Positions 1 to 13,119 of a stretch of 64,000 nucleotides of DNA are shown piece after piece. The stretch is from Heterodontus francisci (Eukaryota). Below the pieces are notes generated by a model. It was not told the DNA's origin, ran no database searches, and saw only the letters and a list, made by a program, of their open reading frames with translations. The position numbers and the translations under genes are program-made. Each line of letters begins with the position of its first letter. The stretch's first letter is position 1. The stretch spans positions 12,008,606 through 12,072,605 of the forward strand of contig NC_090396.1 in NCBI RefSeq assembly GCF_036365525.1. Reading direction: 5' to 3'.

Positions 1-1070
1 GATGAAAAAGTTTTTCCTCATCTCCCCTCTAATTTTTCTACCAATCACTTTAAATCTATGCCCCCTCGTCACTGACCTCTCTGCTATGGTGAATAGACCC
101 TTCACCTCCACTCTATCCAGGCCCCTCAAAATTTTGTACATTTTAATCAGATCTCCCCTCAGCCTTCTCTGTTCCAAGGAGAACAACCCCAACCTATCCA
201 ATCTTTCCTCATAGCTGCATTTTTCCAGTCCTGGCAACATCCTCGTAAATCTCCTCTGTACCCTCTCTAGTGCAATTACATCCTTTCTGTAATGAAGTGA
301 CCAGAACTGCACACAGTACTCAAGTTGTGGCCTAACCAATGAGTTATACAGTTCCAGCATAACCTCCCTGCTTTTATATTCTATACCTCAGCTAATAAGG
401 AAAAGATTCCATATGCCTTCTTAACCACCTTATCGACCTGTCCTGCTACCTTCAGGGATCTGTGGACATTCACTCCCAGATCCCTCACTTCCTCTACACT
501 TCTCAGTATTTTCCCATTATTCGTGTATTCCTTTGCCTTGTTTGACCTCCCCAAATGCATCACCTCATACTTCTCTGGGTTTCATTCCATTTGCCACTTT
601 TCTGCCCATCTAATCAGACATTCAATATCTTCCTGCTGCCTACAGCTATCCTCCTCGCTATCTACTTCACGGCCAATTTTTGTGTCGTCTGCAAACTTCT
701 TGATCATGCCCCCTATATTTACATCCAAATCGTTAATATATACCACAAAAAGCAGGGGATCCAATACTAAGCCCTGTGGAACGCCACTGGAAACAGCCCT
801 CCAGTCACAAAAACACCCGTCAACATTTATCCTTTGTTTCCTGTCACTATGTCAATTTGTATCCATCTTGCTGCATTTCCCTGGAACGCATGGGATCTTA
901 TTTTTTTAACCAGTCTGTCGTGTGGGGCCTTGTCAAAAGCCTTGCTAAAATCCATGTAGACCACATCAACTGCACTACCCTCATCTATTTTCCTTGTTAC
1001 TTCTTCAAAATATTCAATCAAGTTGGTCAAACAAGATCTTACCTTAACAAATCCATGCTGACTATCCTTG

Positions 1071-2308
1071 TGTCAGGCAAGTCCTCCACCCACCAAGACT
1101 GAGGCACGCATTATTTTGCCACATGAACATTGGAACTTAAAATTGCAAGCCCTTGACTGGAAGGACACTTGCATTAGAGGCCTGCTTTAGGTCTGGAAAA
1201 GGAACCCAACCCGAACCCGACTGAACCACAGCAGGCCCGAGCCCGACCCGGCCCGAGTCCCTCCGATTTTGCCCCAAGCCTGACCCGACCCGAACCCGCC
1301 ACGATCCGGCCCGACCCAACCATCCATTTACTTACCTTCCTGACATCGAACCTGCAAGAAGCTGCAGCGCATGCGCGAGACATCATAGTGACGTCACTCA
1401 CTCACTGCGCAGACCCAGTTTCGTCCCGGACTCCCAGCTCAGGTAAATTTTTTTATTTTTAATACCACTTACCATGTGTGTCAGGCCCGACCCGACCCAA
1501 CTCAGTCTGGACTCAACCCGACCTGACCCAAGCCTGAAAGCCGGCCTCGGAAGATGTGCCCGACCCAACCCGAACCTGACACATGTTGTTGGGTCCCATC
1601 GTGTTCAGGTCGGGTAGCAGGCCTCTAACTTGCATAGTACTGGCGTGTTGGAACAAAAGGGACCCAGTAGTTGCTTCCCCAATACACAGAAGAAGTGGTC
1701 AGACCAGTTTTAGTCACATGACTAACCGGTTGTTGCAGAGAATTTGAACTTCCAACAAAGGGATTTGAACTCAGAAAGCCGTGTGCTTCTGGAACTGAAG
1801 CAAGAATTACCTCCTCTCCAGTCTTGTCTGCCTGCTCCATCTCTTTCCGATGGAACTAAATCTTGTGACAACACATGAACCGCAAAGAGAGAGAAAAATC
1901 TCCTATGTGAACAAGGTTTAAGAAGAACACTGGGACCCAATGAAAAAGGCTATTTAAAAAAGGACTCGAGCTCGAAGCACTGTAATGAGATATTGCCTCA
2001 AACTGTTCCACCTTTTCATTTCTTCTCTTTTCTGTCCCTGTCTGCATGTGTATATCGCATGTACATGCTAGCCTGGTATCGCCATATATCTGTAGGCATG
2101 AACCATATTAGAGTTTAAGTTTAAGGTTTAATAAACCTGAGAAAACCTGGTGTGCTCATTTCTTTGCCTTGTAATTGGAAAACTATGAACAAGGAATCAC
2201 AAAAAGGGAAGCTCAAAACACAGTGTGTTTAGAATTAAACCCCGTTACACTAAGACCAGGTAAAGGCAGCAAAAGACCCCTAGACACATTTCTCACCTGG
2301 TCGTAACA
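1071..2308 (+). mobile_element. Solo LTR inserted in the CR1
   Basis: TGT...ACA termini; 4-bp TSD CTTG at 1067-1070 and 2309-2312; removing it restores the CR1 sequence gactatccttgattaacc; TATA-like element ~1950 and AATAAA ~2130. Confidence 0.8.
1175..1627. mobile_element. Non-autonomous hAT-type MITE inside the solo LTR
   Basis: 12-bp perfect TIR TAGAGGCCTGCT/AGCAGGCCTCTA; 8-bp TSD ACTTGCAT at 1167-1174 and 1628-1635; many subterminal ACCCG/CCCGA repeats. Confidence 0.9.
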
Positions 2309-2738
2309 CTTGATTAACCTGTGCCTTTCTAAGTGACAGTTTATCCTGTCTCTCAGAATAGATTCCAATAATTTGCCCACTACTGAGGTTAGACTGGCTG
2401 GTCTGTAATTATTCGGTCTATCCTTCGCTCCCTTTTTAAACAGAGGTACAACGTTAGCAGTTCTCCAATCCTCCGGCACCACACCTGTATCCAGTGAGGA
2501 CTGGAAAATGATGGTCAGACCCTCTGCTATTTTCTCTCTTGCTTCTTTTAACAGCCTAGGGTGCATTTCATCTGGCCCTGGTGATTTATCCACTTTCAAG
2601 GATGCTAATCCCATTAATACTTCCTCTCTCCCTATGTTTATCACATCCAATACTTCATACTCCACCTCCTTAACTACAATATCTGCATCGTCCCCCTCTT
2701 TTATGAAGATAGATGCAAAGTATTCATTAAGAACATAA

Positions 2739-3097
2739 GGGCGGCACAGTGGCGCAGTGGTTAGCACCGCAGCCTCACAGCTCCAGCGACCTGGGTTCAA
2801 TTCTGGGTACTGCCTGTGTGGAGTTTGCAAGTTCTCCCTGTGTCTGCGTGGGTTTTCTCCGGGTGCTCCAGTTTCCTCCCACAAGCCAAAAGACTTGCAG
2901 GTTGGTAGGTAAATTGGCCATTATAAATTGCCCCTAGTATAGGTAGGTGGTAGGGAAATATAGGGACAGGTGGGGATGTGGTAGCAATATGGGATTAGTG
3001 TAGCATTAGTATAAAATGGGTGGTTGATGGTCGGCACAGACTCGGTGGGCCAAAGGGCCTGTTTCAGTGCTGTATCTCTAAAAACTAAAACTAAAAA
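2739..3097 (+). mobile_element. tRNA-derived V-SINE (HE1-like)
   Basis: A box TGGCGCAGTGG, B box GGTTCAATTC, V-domain tgtgtggagtttgcaagttctccc...tttcctcccac, CR1-like 3' tail ending in (ctaaaa)n. Confidence 0.9.
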
Positions 3098-3530
3098 CAG
3101 TACCGACATCTTCTATCCTTACACATAGGTTACCTTTTTAGTCTTTTATGGGCCCTACTCTCTCCTTAGTTATCATCTTACTCTTAATGTATTGATAAAA
3201 CATCTTTGGGTTCACCTTGATTTTGCTTGCCAATATTCTTTCATGCCTTCTCTTTGCTTTCCTAATTTCCTTTTTGATTTCACCCCTCCACTTTCTATAT
3301 TTCTCTCGGCTTTCCGTAGTATTGAGTTCTTGGTGTCGGACATTAACTTTCCTTTTCTGCCTTATCTTACCCGGTAAGCTCCTCGACTTTCATGGGGCTC
3401 TAGATTTGGCCGCCTCACCCTTTTTCTTTGTGGGAACATGTTTACCTTGAATCTCCCATTTGAATGCCTCCCACTGTTCTAACACTGATTTACCTTCAAG
3501 TCGCTGTTTCTAGTCCACTTTCGTTAAATA

Positions 3531-5536
3531 GGCATATAAGAAGCATATAAATCTACCAGAAAAAAACAACAGACCTGAGGATTGGGAGCAGTTTAGAATT
3601 CAGCAAAGGAGGACCAAGGGATTGATTAAGAAGGAGAAAATAGAGTACGAGAGCAAGCTTGCGGGGAACATAAAAACTGACTGTAAAAATTTCTATAGGT
3701 ATGTGAAGAGAATAAGATTGGTGAAGACAAATGTAGGTCCCTTACAGTCAGAAACAGGGGAATTTATTATGGGGAACAAAGAAATGGCTGACCAACTAAA
3801 TGCATACTTTGGTTCTGTCTTCATAAATGAGGACACAAATATCATACCAGAAATGTTGGGGAACACAGGGCTTAGTGAGAGAGAGGAACTGAAAGAAATC
3901 AGTATTAGTAGAGAAATGGTGTTGGGGAAATTGATGGGATTGAAGGCCGATAAATCTCCAGGGCCTGATGGTCTGCATCCCAGAGTACTTAAGGAAGTGG
4001 CCCTAGAAATAGTGGATGCATTGGTGGTCATCTTCCAAGACTCTATAGACTCTGGAACAGTTCCTACAGATTGGAGGGTAGCTAATGTAACCCCACTATT
4101 TAAAAAGGGAGGTAGAGAGAAAGCAGGGAATTATAGACCAGTCAGCCTGACGTCAGTAGTGGGGAAAATTCTAGAGTCCATTATCAAAGATTTTATAGCA
4201 GAACACTTGGAGAACAGTGGTAGAATCGGACAGAGTCAGCATGGATTTACAAAAGGGAAATCATGCGTGACAAATCTACTAGAATTCTTCGAGGATGTAA
4301 CTAGTAGAGTTGATGAGGGGGAGCCAGTGGATGTGGTTTGTTTGGACTTTCAGAAGGCTTTCGACAAAGTCCCACATAAGAGATTAGCGTGTAAAATTAA
4401 AGTGCATGGGATTGGGAGTAGTGTATTGCGATGGTTGGAAAAATGGTTGGCAGACAGGAAACAAAGAGTAGGGATAAATGGGTCTTTTTCCGAATGGCAG
4501 GCAGTGACTAGTGGGGTACCGCAGGGATCGATGCTAGGACCCCAGCTATTCACAATATATATTAATGATTTAGATGAGGGGTTTAAATGTAATATCTCCA
4601 AATTTGCAGATGACACAAAACTGGGTGGGAGGGTGAGCTGTGAGGAGGATGCAGAGAGGCTTCAGGGTGATTTGGACAAGTTGAGTGAGTGGGCTAATGC
4701 ATGGTAGATGCAGTATAATGTGGATAAATGTGAGGTTATCCACTTTGGTGGCAAAAACAGGAAGGCAGATTATTATCTGAACGGTTATAAACTGAGAGAG
4801 GAGAATATGCAGCGAGACCTGGGTGTACGCATACAACAGTCGCTGAAGGTAAGCATGCTGGTCCAACAGGCAGTAAAAAAGGCAAATGGTATGTTGGCCT
4901 TCATAGCGAGAGGATTCGAGTACAGGAGCAGGGATGTCTTGCTGCAAGTATACAGGGCCTTGGTGAGGCCATACCTGGAATATTGTGTGCAGTTTTGGTC
5001 TCCTTATCTGAGGAAAGATGTTCTTACTACAGACGGAGTGCAGCGAAGGTTTACCAGACTGATTCCTGGGATGGTGGGACTGATGTATGAGGAGAGATTG
5101 AGTCGGTTAGGAATATATTCGTTGGAGTTCAGAAGAGTGAGGGGGGATCTCATAGAAACCTATAAAATTCTGACAGGACTTAACAGGGTAGATGCAGGAA
5201 GGATGTTCCCGATGGTGGGGAATCCAGAACCAGGGGTCATAGTCTAAGGATACAGGGTAAACCTTTCAGGACTGAGATGAGGAGAAATTTCTTCACCCAG
5301 AGAGTGGTGAGCCTGTGGAATTCACTCCCACAGAAAGTAGTTGAGGCCAAAACATTGTCTGTTTTCAAGAAGGAGTTAGATATAGCTCTTGGGTCTAAAG
5401 GGGTCAAAGGATATGGGGCGAAAGCGGGAACAGGTTACTGAGTTGAATGATCAGCCATGATCATAATGAATGGTGGAGCAGGCTCGAAGGGCTGAATGGC
5501 CTACTCCTGCTCCCATTTTCTATGTTTCTATGTTTC
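3531..5536 (+). mobile_element. 5'-truncated CR1 LINE (RT half of ORF2 plus 3' UTR), nested antisense in the first CR1
   Basis: ORFs 3622-4707 and 4708-5247 with RT motifs (GVPQGS, FADDTK) separated by one stop; (tttctatg)n tail; TAAATA duplicated at 3525-3530 and 5537-5542. Confidence 0.92.
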
Positions 5537-8022
5537 TAAATAACTCCTCAGTTTAGTAAAATTGTCCTTGCCCCAATTGAGAACTCTAACTCCTGTTCTA
5601 TCTGTCCTTTTCCATAATTATGTTAAAATTGACTGAATTATGATCACTGCCACCAAAATACTCTCCCACTGCCACTCCTTCCAGCTGCCCATCTTCATTT
5701 CCTAAAACTAAGTCCAAAACTGTGCCCTCTCTTGTTGGACTTGCTACATACTGGGCAAAAAAGTTCTCCTGAATGCACCTCGAGAATTCTGCTCCCTAAA
5801 TTCCTTTCACACTAAAACTATCCCAGTTAATATCGGGGTAGTTAAAATCCCCTACTATTACTGCCCTATTGTTCTTGCACTTCTCAGAGATTTGTCTACA
5901 TATCTGCTGTTCTATTTCCCTCTGACTGTTTGGGGGTCTATAGTACACTCCCAGCAGTGTGACTGCCCCTTTTTAGTTCCTTAGCTCAATTCATATGGCC
6001 TCATTTGATGAACCTTCCAACATATCATCCCTCCTCACAGCTGTAGTTGTTTCTTTGACCAAAATTGCCACTCCCCTCCTTTCTTATCCCCCACCCTATC
6101 GCGTCTGAAAACCCTGCAAACAGGAATGTTGAGCTGCCATTCCTGTCCCTCCTTAAGCCATGTTTCTGTAATAGCTATGATATCATACTGCCACATGTCT
6201 ATATGTGCCCTCAGCTCATCTGCTTTATTTGCTATAGTCCTTGCATTGAAATAGATTCCGTTGAGCACTGCCAAACTCTTTTTTTTATTTTCCATCCTTT
6301 GTTTCCTCTGTCTTCCAGAACTCATTCATTAATTCTCTGCCTTCCATTTTTATTTCTAATTTTATCCCAACTGAGTCTACCCTCAGGTCCCTATTCCCCT
6401 GTCAAACTAGTTTAATCCCTCCCCAACAGCACTAGCAAAACTTCCCGCAAGGAGCTCAGTCCCGGCTCTGTTCAGGTGCAACACATCTGGCCCGTACAGG
6501 TCCCATCTCCCCCAGAGCCGGTCCCAATGTCCCAGGAATCTGAAGCCCTCCCTCCTGCACCATCTTTCCAGCCATGCATTCATCTGTCTTATCCTTCTAT
6601 TTCTATACTTTCTTGCAGGTGGCACTGGGAGTAATCTGGAGATTACTACTTTTGAGATCCTCCTTGCTAATTCCTGACTGAGCTTCCTAAATTCTGACGG
6701 CAAGACCACATCCCTCTTTCTACCTATGTCGTTGGCTGTTCACCCTCCCCCTTCAGAATGCACTGCAGCCGCTCAGTGACATCCTTGACCCTGGCACCAG
6801 GGAGGCAACACACCATCCTGGATTCACATCTGCGGCCACAGAAACACCTGTCTGTTCCCCTGACTATTGTATCACCTATCGCTATAGCTCTTCCAGTCTT
6901 CCCTATACCCCACTGTGCAGCTGAGCCACCTGTGGTGCCATGGACTTGACTCTGGCTGCACTGTCCAGATGAAGCATCACTGTCCTCCGTATTCAGAACT
7001 GAATACCTGTTGGAGAGTGAGATGCACTCAGGGGTCTCCTGCACTACCTGCCTGATTCTTTTTGACTGCCTGGTGGTCACCCATTCCCTCTCTCCCTGCA
7101 TACTCTTAAGCTGTGGGGTGACCACATCTCTAAATGTGCTATCCACGTAGCTCTCATCCTCACGAATGCACTGCAGTGTTGCCAGCTGCTGCTCGAGTTC
7201 CAAAACCCAGAGCTCAAGCTGTCGCAATTGACAACACTTCCTGCACAAATGGTTCTCCAGGATACAGGAAGTATCCTGGAGCTCCCACATAGCACAGGAG
7301 GTGCACTCTCGAGGTTGAAGCAACCCTGCCATTCATTTATTTATTAGTTGATCCTTTGGTACTGCTAAAATAATACCTTACCAATATTACAACACCTTAG
7401 TATTATTAATAAAACCTTACTAGTACTGATAAATCCTATTAAAAATCAATACAGTTCACTAGTTAAAATAAACCTTACTCAAAAAAATACTCACCAGCTA
7501 TTCACTTGTTCCTTGTGCCGTCAACTCATCTATCTTGTTACAAATGCTGCGTGCATTCAGAGAAAGAGCCTTAAGCTTAGACTTTTTACCATTATTACTC
7601 ATTCTGGTTCTAATTTCTGCTGCACTCTTCTGCTTATATTTTCTGCCCCTTCCTGTCACACTTTGATTACCATTCGCCTCTTCACTTCCCTGCACCTCTG
7701 CTCTCTCGTTTCTTTTTGATTTTTTAAACTTCCTTTCAATTGAACCCTCTCCCCCACTAATTAGTTTAAAGTCCTATCTACAATCCCAGTTATACAATTC
7801 ACCAGGACACTGGTCCCAGCATGGTTCAGTCACCTTGCAGCATTCCTGTGATGTCACTGTTCACTTTGGTTTCAAACACTGATGCTTCTGGACTCCTGTC
7901 CGCTGCTCTCCTGGAAGGTAAGTGCTGTAGACCGTGAGCCTCGTTCTTTATTTAACTCCTCCCTACTCCGTGTTCTTCCTGCAGGTCCACTCCTCTCTGC
8001 TGCTCTTCCGGAAGGTAAGTTG

Positions 8023-10800
8023 AAGCTGCACACATCCAGGCAAGTGGAGAGTATTCCATCACACTCCTGACTTGTGCCTTGTAGATGGTGGACAGGCTTT
8101 GGGGAGTCAGGAGGTGAGTTACCGCAGTATTCCTATCCTCTGACCTGCTCTTGTAGCCACAGTATTTATGTGGCTGGTCCAGTTCAGTTTCTAGTCAATG
8201 GTAACATCCCACCCCAGGTTGTTGATAGTGGGGAATTCAATGATCAGAATGCCATTGTATTTCAAGGGCAGATGGTTAGATTCTCTCTTGTTTGAGATAG
8301 TCATTGCCTGGCATTTGTGTGGCGCGAATGTTACTTGCGAATGTTATCAGCCCAAGACTGGATATTGTCCAGGTCTTGCTGCATTTCTCCATGGACTGCT
8401 TCAGTATCTGAGGAGTCGTGAATGGTGCTGAACATTGTGCAATCATCCGCGAACATCCCCACCTCTGACCTTATGATTGAGGGAAGGTCATTGATGAAGC
8501 AACTGAAGATGGTTGGGCCTCGGACACTACCCTGAGGAAATCCTGCAGTGATGTCCTGGGACTAAGATGATTGACCTCCAACAACCACAAGCATCTTCCT
8601 TTGCGCTAGGTATGACTCCAACCAGCGGAGAGTTTTCCCCCTGATTCCCATTGACTCCAGTTTTGCTAGGGCTCCTTGATGCCATACTCAGTCAAATGCT
8701 GCCTTGATGTACAGGCAGTCACTCTCACCTCACCTCTTGAGTTCAGCTCTTTTGTCCATGTTTGAACCAACGTTGTAATGAAGTCAGGAGCTGAGTGGCC
8801 CTGGCGGAACCCAAACTGAGCATCAGTGAGCGGGTTCTTGCTGAGTAAGTGCTGCTTGATAGTACTGTCAACAACACCTTCCATCACTTTACTGATGATT
8901 GAGAGTAGACTGAAGGAGTGGTAATTGGCCGGGTTGGATTTGTCCTGCTTTTTGTGTACAGGACATACCTGGGCAATTTTCCATATTGCCGTGTAGATGC
9001 TAGTGTTGTGGCTGTACTGGAACAGCTTGGCTAGGGGCACGGCAAGTTCTGGAGCACAGGTCTTCAGTACTATTGCCAGAATATTGTCAGGGCCCATAGC
9101 CTTTGCAGTATCCAGTGCCTTCAGCGTATCTTGATATTACGTGGAGTGAATCGGATTGGCTGAAAACTGGCATCTGTGATGCTGGGACTTCGGAAGGAAG
9201 CCAAGATCCATTATCCACTTGGCATTTCTAGGTGAAGATGGATGCAAGTGCTTCAGTCTTGTCTTTTGCACTAATGTGCTGGGACCCCCCATCATGAGAA
9301 TGGGGGTATTTGTGGAGCCACATCCTCCAGTTAGTTGTTTAGTCAACCACCACCATTGACGACTGGATGTGGCAGGACTGCAGAGCTTAGATCTGATCTG
9401 TTGGATGTGGGATTGCTTAGCCCTGTCTATCGCATGCTGCTTACTGTGTTGTCACTTCGGCATGGACAGAGTGGATAGTCAGAAGCTTTTTCCCACGGTG
9501 GAAGAGTCAGTTACTAGGGGACCTAGGTTTAAGGTGCAAGGGGCAAAGTTTAGAGGCAAGCTTTTTACACAGAGGGTGGTGAGTGCCTGGAACTTGCTGC
9601 CAGGGGAGGTGGTGGAAGCAGATACGATAGCGACGTTTAAGAGACATCTTGACAAATACATGAATAGGAAAGGAATAGAGGGATATGGGCCCCGGAAGTG
9701 CAGAAGGTGTTAGTTTAGGCAGGCATCAAGATCGGCGCAGGTTTGGAGGGCCGAATGGCCTGTTCCTGTGCTGTACTGTTCTTTGTTCTTTTGTTCTTTG
9801 TTCGCCAGGTTGACACCTCATTTTGAGGTATGCCTGGTGCTGCTCCTGGCATGTCCTCCTGCACTCCTCATTGAACAAGGGTTGGTCCCCCAGCTTGATG
9901 GTAATGGTAGAGTGGGGGATATGCCGGGCCATGAGGTTACAGATAGTGGTTGAATACAATTCTGCTGCTGTTGATGGTCCACAGCGCCTCATGGATGCCT
10001 AGTTTTGAATTATTCATTGTGAATCTATCACATTTAGCCCGATGATAGTGCCACACAACATGAAGGAGGGTATCCTCAATGTGAAGACGGGTCTTCGTCT
10101 CCACAAGGACTGTGCGGTGGTCACTCCTACCAATACTGTCATGAACAGATACATCTGCGGCAGGCAGATTGATGAGGACAAGGTCAAGTTTATTTTTCTC
10201 TCTTGTTGGTTCCCTCACCACCTGCCACAGACCCAGTCTAGCAGCTATGTCCTTTAGGACTCAACCAGCTCAGTCAGTAGTGGTGCTACCGAGCCACTCT
10301 TGGTGATGGACATTGAAGTCCCCACCCAGAGTACATCTGTGCCCTTGCTCACTCTGTGTTTCTTCCAAGTGGTATCAACATGGAGGAGTACTGATTCATC
10401 AACTGAGGGGGAGCAGTTGGTGATAATCAGTGGTAAGGCTATGAGACATCATGAGGCCCGGAGTCAATGTTGAGGACCCCCAGGGTCACTCCCTCCCGAC
10501 TGTATACCACTGTGCTGCCACCTCTGCTGGGACTGTCCTGCCGGTGGGACAGGACATACCCAGGGATGGTGATAGAGGACTCTGGAACATTGGCTGTAAG
10601 GTATGATTGGGTGAGTGTGGCTGTGTCAGGCTGTTGCTTAACCAGTCTGTGGAACAATTCTCCAAATTTTGGCACAAGTCCCCAGATGATAGTGAGGAGG
10701 ACTTTGTAGGGTCGACTGGGCATCGAGTGCTGTTGTCATTTCCAGTGCCTTGGTCAATGCCGGGTGGTGCATCTGGTTTTATTCTTTTTCGATTTTTCTA
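8023..10800 (-). mobile_element. Degenerate non-LTR retrotransposon of a second CR1/L2-clade family (endonuclease plus RT)
   Basis: GPDNILAIVLKTCAPELAVPL...QFGFRQGHS and SDHRTVLV motifs; same family as 31072-32540 and 63256-64000. Confidence 0.8.
9458..9803 (+). mobile_element. 3' fragment of the young CR1 family
   Basis: Near-identical to the 3' ends at 28380-28733 and 52170-52497; (tgttctt)n tail. Confidence 0.85.
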
Positions 10801-11544
10801 TAGTGGTTAATGGTTAATTTAATGCTTTGGGTCTGGAGTTACATGTAGGCCAGACCAGGTAAGGACGGTAGATTTCCCTCTGCAAAGGACATTAGTGAAT
10901 CAGATCGATTTTTACGACAATCCGGTATTGTATGAGCTCAAATTTATGTATGTTGAAAGGCTTGCCAGGAGATGGGCAATATTGCAGAGGTGGTCTTGGT
11001 GATGGAAAGGAGATGTGGTCAGAAGCTCAGCCAAGGGTCAGATAGGATGCTAAGATTGCGAACAGTCAAGTTCAGCTTGGGGCAATTTCTGGGAGCAGGA
11101 TGGAATAGGTGGGAATTGGGGGTAGAGGTAATGGCTTCAGTCTGCCCAATGTTTAACTGAAGGAAATTGTGGCTCAGGTAGAACCAGTCCAACAACACCG
11201 AGGCAATGAAGGGTCAAGACAGGTGGTGGTGAGGTAGAGCTAGGTATTGTCAGGACACAGTAGAAGCTGACCATTGTCTGTGAATGGTGTTGCCGAGGGG
11301 CTTCATGTAGATAAGAAATACAAGGGGGCCAAGGATCGAGTCTTTGGCAACTCCAGTGGTAATGGTATGGAGTCAGGAAGAGAGTCCATGGCTGAAATCC
11401 TCTTGCTGTGACTGGATAGATAAAAGTGGAAGCAGATGAGGGTAATCCCACCGAGCTAGACAATGGAGGAAGGGATTTGGAGGAGGATGGTGTAGTCGAT
11501 TGGGTCAAAGCTTTCAAACAGGTCGACATGCCCCTGTCCCTCAC

Positions 11545-11698
11545 CTTGAATCAAACACACACACATTTGTAGAAGCGATCTGGTGCAGAATTCCTGACTG
11601 CATTCCCTCACTCTGATCTGGGACACTCTAGACTGTGGAAGCCTCTTACTGCTGCCCAGCTGCAGTTTGCTGACACAACACCAAGTGGCGATCAAAGT
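11545..11698 (-). CDS. TRIM copy A candidate exon 4 (linker; acceptor uncertain, could extend to ~11722)
   Basis: Open frame with VSQIRVRECSQEFCTRSLLQM, resembling the finTRIM linker; donor CAAG|GTGAGG in phase 1; homologous segment in copy B at ~33725-33852. Confidence 0.4.
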
Positions 11699-11911
11699 CT
11701 GTGTGTTCCGGTCTGTACGACTCTGGATAAACTCACTGAGTCAATAGTGAGTTTACCCACTCAGTCTTTATCTCTTGTTATTATGAAATGGGCTTTGTCA
11801 CAAAGCTGTTGTCGTGGTTAATCTGTAAGATATGAATCAATACATTTGATTGTTGGATGGATGAATGAATAGGAATAGATTCAGTATTTATCACTTGGGT
11901 GTATTCATTAC

Positions 11912-12145
11912 CTGCACCAATGTCACATGATCACTGCTCTTTGACAGGGTTCTCAGCTGCTGCTCTTTCTCTCTCAGCTCACCACATTTCTGTTCCAGTC
12001 GGCTCCGGATACTGTCAGCCTGGCTCAGTGTCACTCGCACTGCACTCTCTACCAATCCAATCACTTCTTCCCCAGTTTCCTCAATGGCTTCAGTCATTGC
12101 AGAGAATGTGCCTCTGATTTCACATCCCACTTTGAGTGAAGAGCT
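11912..12145 (-). CDS. TRIM copy A exon 3 (coiled coil, 234 nt)
   Basis: ctctcttAG acceptor and CAG|GTAATG donor; SSSLKVGCEIRGTFSAMTEAIEETGEEVIGLVESAVRVTLSQADSIRSRLEQKCGELREKEQQLRTLSKSSDHVTLVQ; phase 0/0, a size typical of TRIM25/finTRIM genes. Confidence 0.9.
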
Positions 12146-12234
12146 CTAAGAGAGAATGAGAGACGGGCCAATGACTATCTGAGCACATGCACCACAGACA
12201 ACTGACCTGCCTCAACCCTTAAGGACCCACTCAC

Positions 12235-12330
12235 CATGATCGAATCAACCGTTTGCTGCAGGAGTCTGATCTCAGCCAGGATTCTCTGTGTCTCTGCTTC
12301 TGCTTCACATCCTTTTTGGAGAAGTTGTTT
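12235..12330 (-). CDS. TRIM copy A exon 2 (coiled coil, 96 nt)
   Basis: tttcaAG acceptor and ATG|GTGAGT donor; KQLLQKGCEAEAETQRILAEIRLLQQTVDSIM; the canonical 96-nt TRIM exon. Confidence 0.88.
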
Positions 12331-13119
12331 CTTGAAAGTAGGAAAGTATGTTAAGTTAATGGTGAATCATTAACAAGAACCAACAAATGCATCCTGTCCC
12401 CATCCCAAGCTCCCTGTTCCCAAGGCTGCCTGGAAACACAGCAAGTCAATTCACATCTGAAAGGGACAATACTGGCCAATATTTTGGGTGGAGACCATTT
12501 ATACAAACCTTTTCTTTCTCTGTCACATGCTTACTGTGGTGCTATGTAGTTCCATTTGCAGATTTCCTCACATGTTACTGCTGTTATAGAGACTGCTGTG
12601 TGAACTGCTACTCTGCAGCAAGGAGATATATGAAGAGGGAATCTTACTAACGCTGCTTGAATACTTCTTGCTATTCTATCACAAGATGGCTACAATGAGC
12701 CCTTTGATGTTCTCCCATCTAAAGGTATTCTACAGTTGCCCCATCAGAGCATCCAACTGGTTTCCTGTTGTTTCACTGGTCCTACAGATGCTCCCATCGA
12801 TGGCTACACTGAGGACCCAATGGATGGTCCCACTAATTCAACTAAATCAATCAGACATGACCTATTTCACAAATCCATGCCGGCTTTCTCTGACCAGCTC
12901 AGATTTTGTGAAAGTGCTCAGACACTCTGTGTCTAATGACAGATTCTTGTAACATCCCCACAACAGGCATTAGACTAATAGAGCTATCATTTCCCAGTTT
13001 ATCCCTGCTGGAGGCTTAATGTGTGGATATTGGATGAGAACAGGATCACATTGGGCTGTGATGGTGGCCACAGTGCAATAGCCACCCATCATTCCCTGCC
13101 ATTCATTCATTCACTCACA

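Larger units (their letters stand above)
1..7500 (-). mobile_element. Near full-length degenerate CR1 LINE (ORF1 ~6407-7332, ORF2 endonuclease-RT running off the window start), split by nested insertions
   Basis: ORF1 has a Cys knuckle (RECTSCAMWEL...HLCRKCCQL) and SGNH-esterase-like motifs (AIGDTIVRG, CLPGARVKD, DVLHLNRAG). ORF2 pieces: YFNARTIANK...IAITETW, KSPGPDEMHPR, YMDFSKAFDK, FADDTK. Many stops and frameshifts. Confidence 0.9.

Noticed and set aside
2739-2815. tRNA genes at the SINE heads (also 17001, 53159, 56514)
   Set aside because: The A and B boxes continue into a V-domain and LINE-like tail, so these are SINEs.
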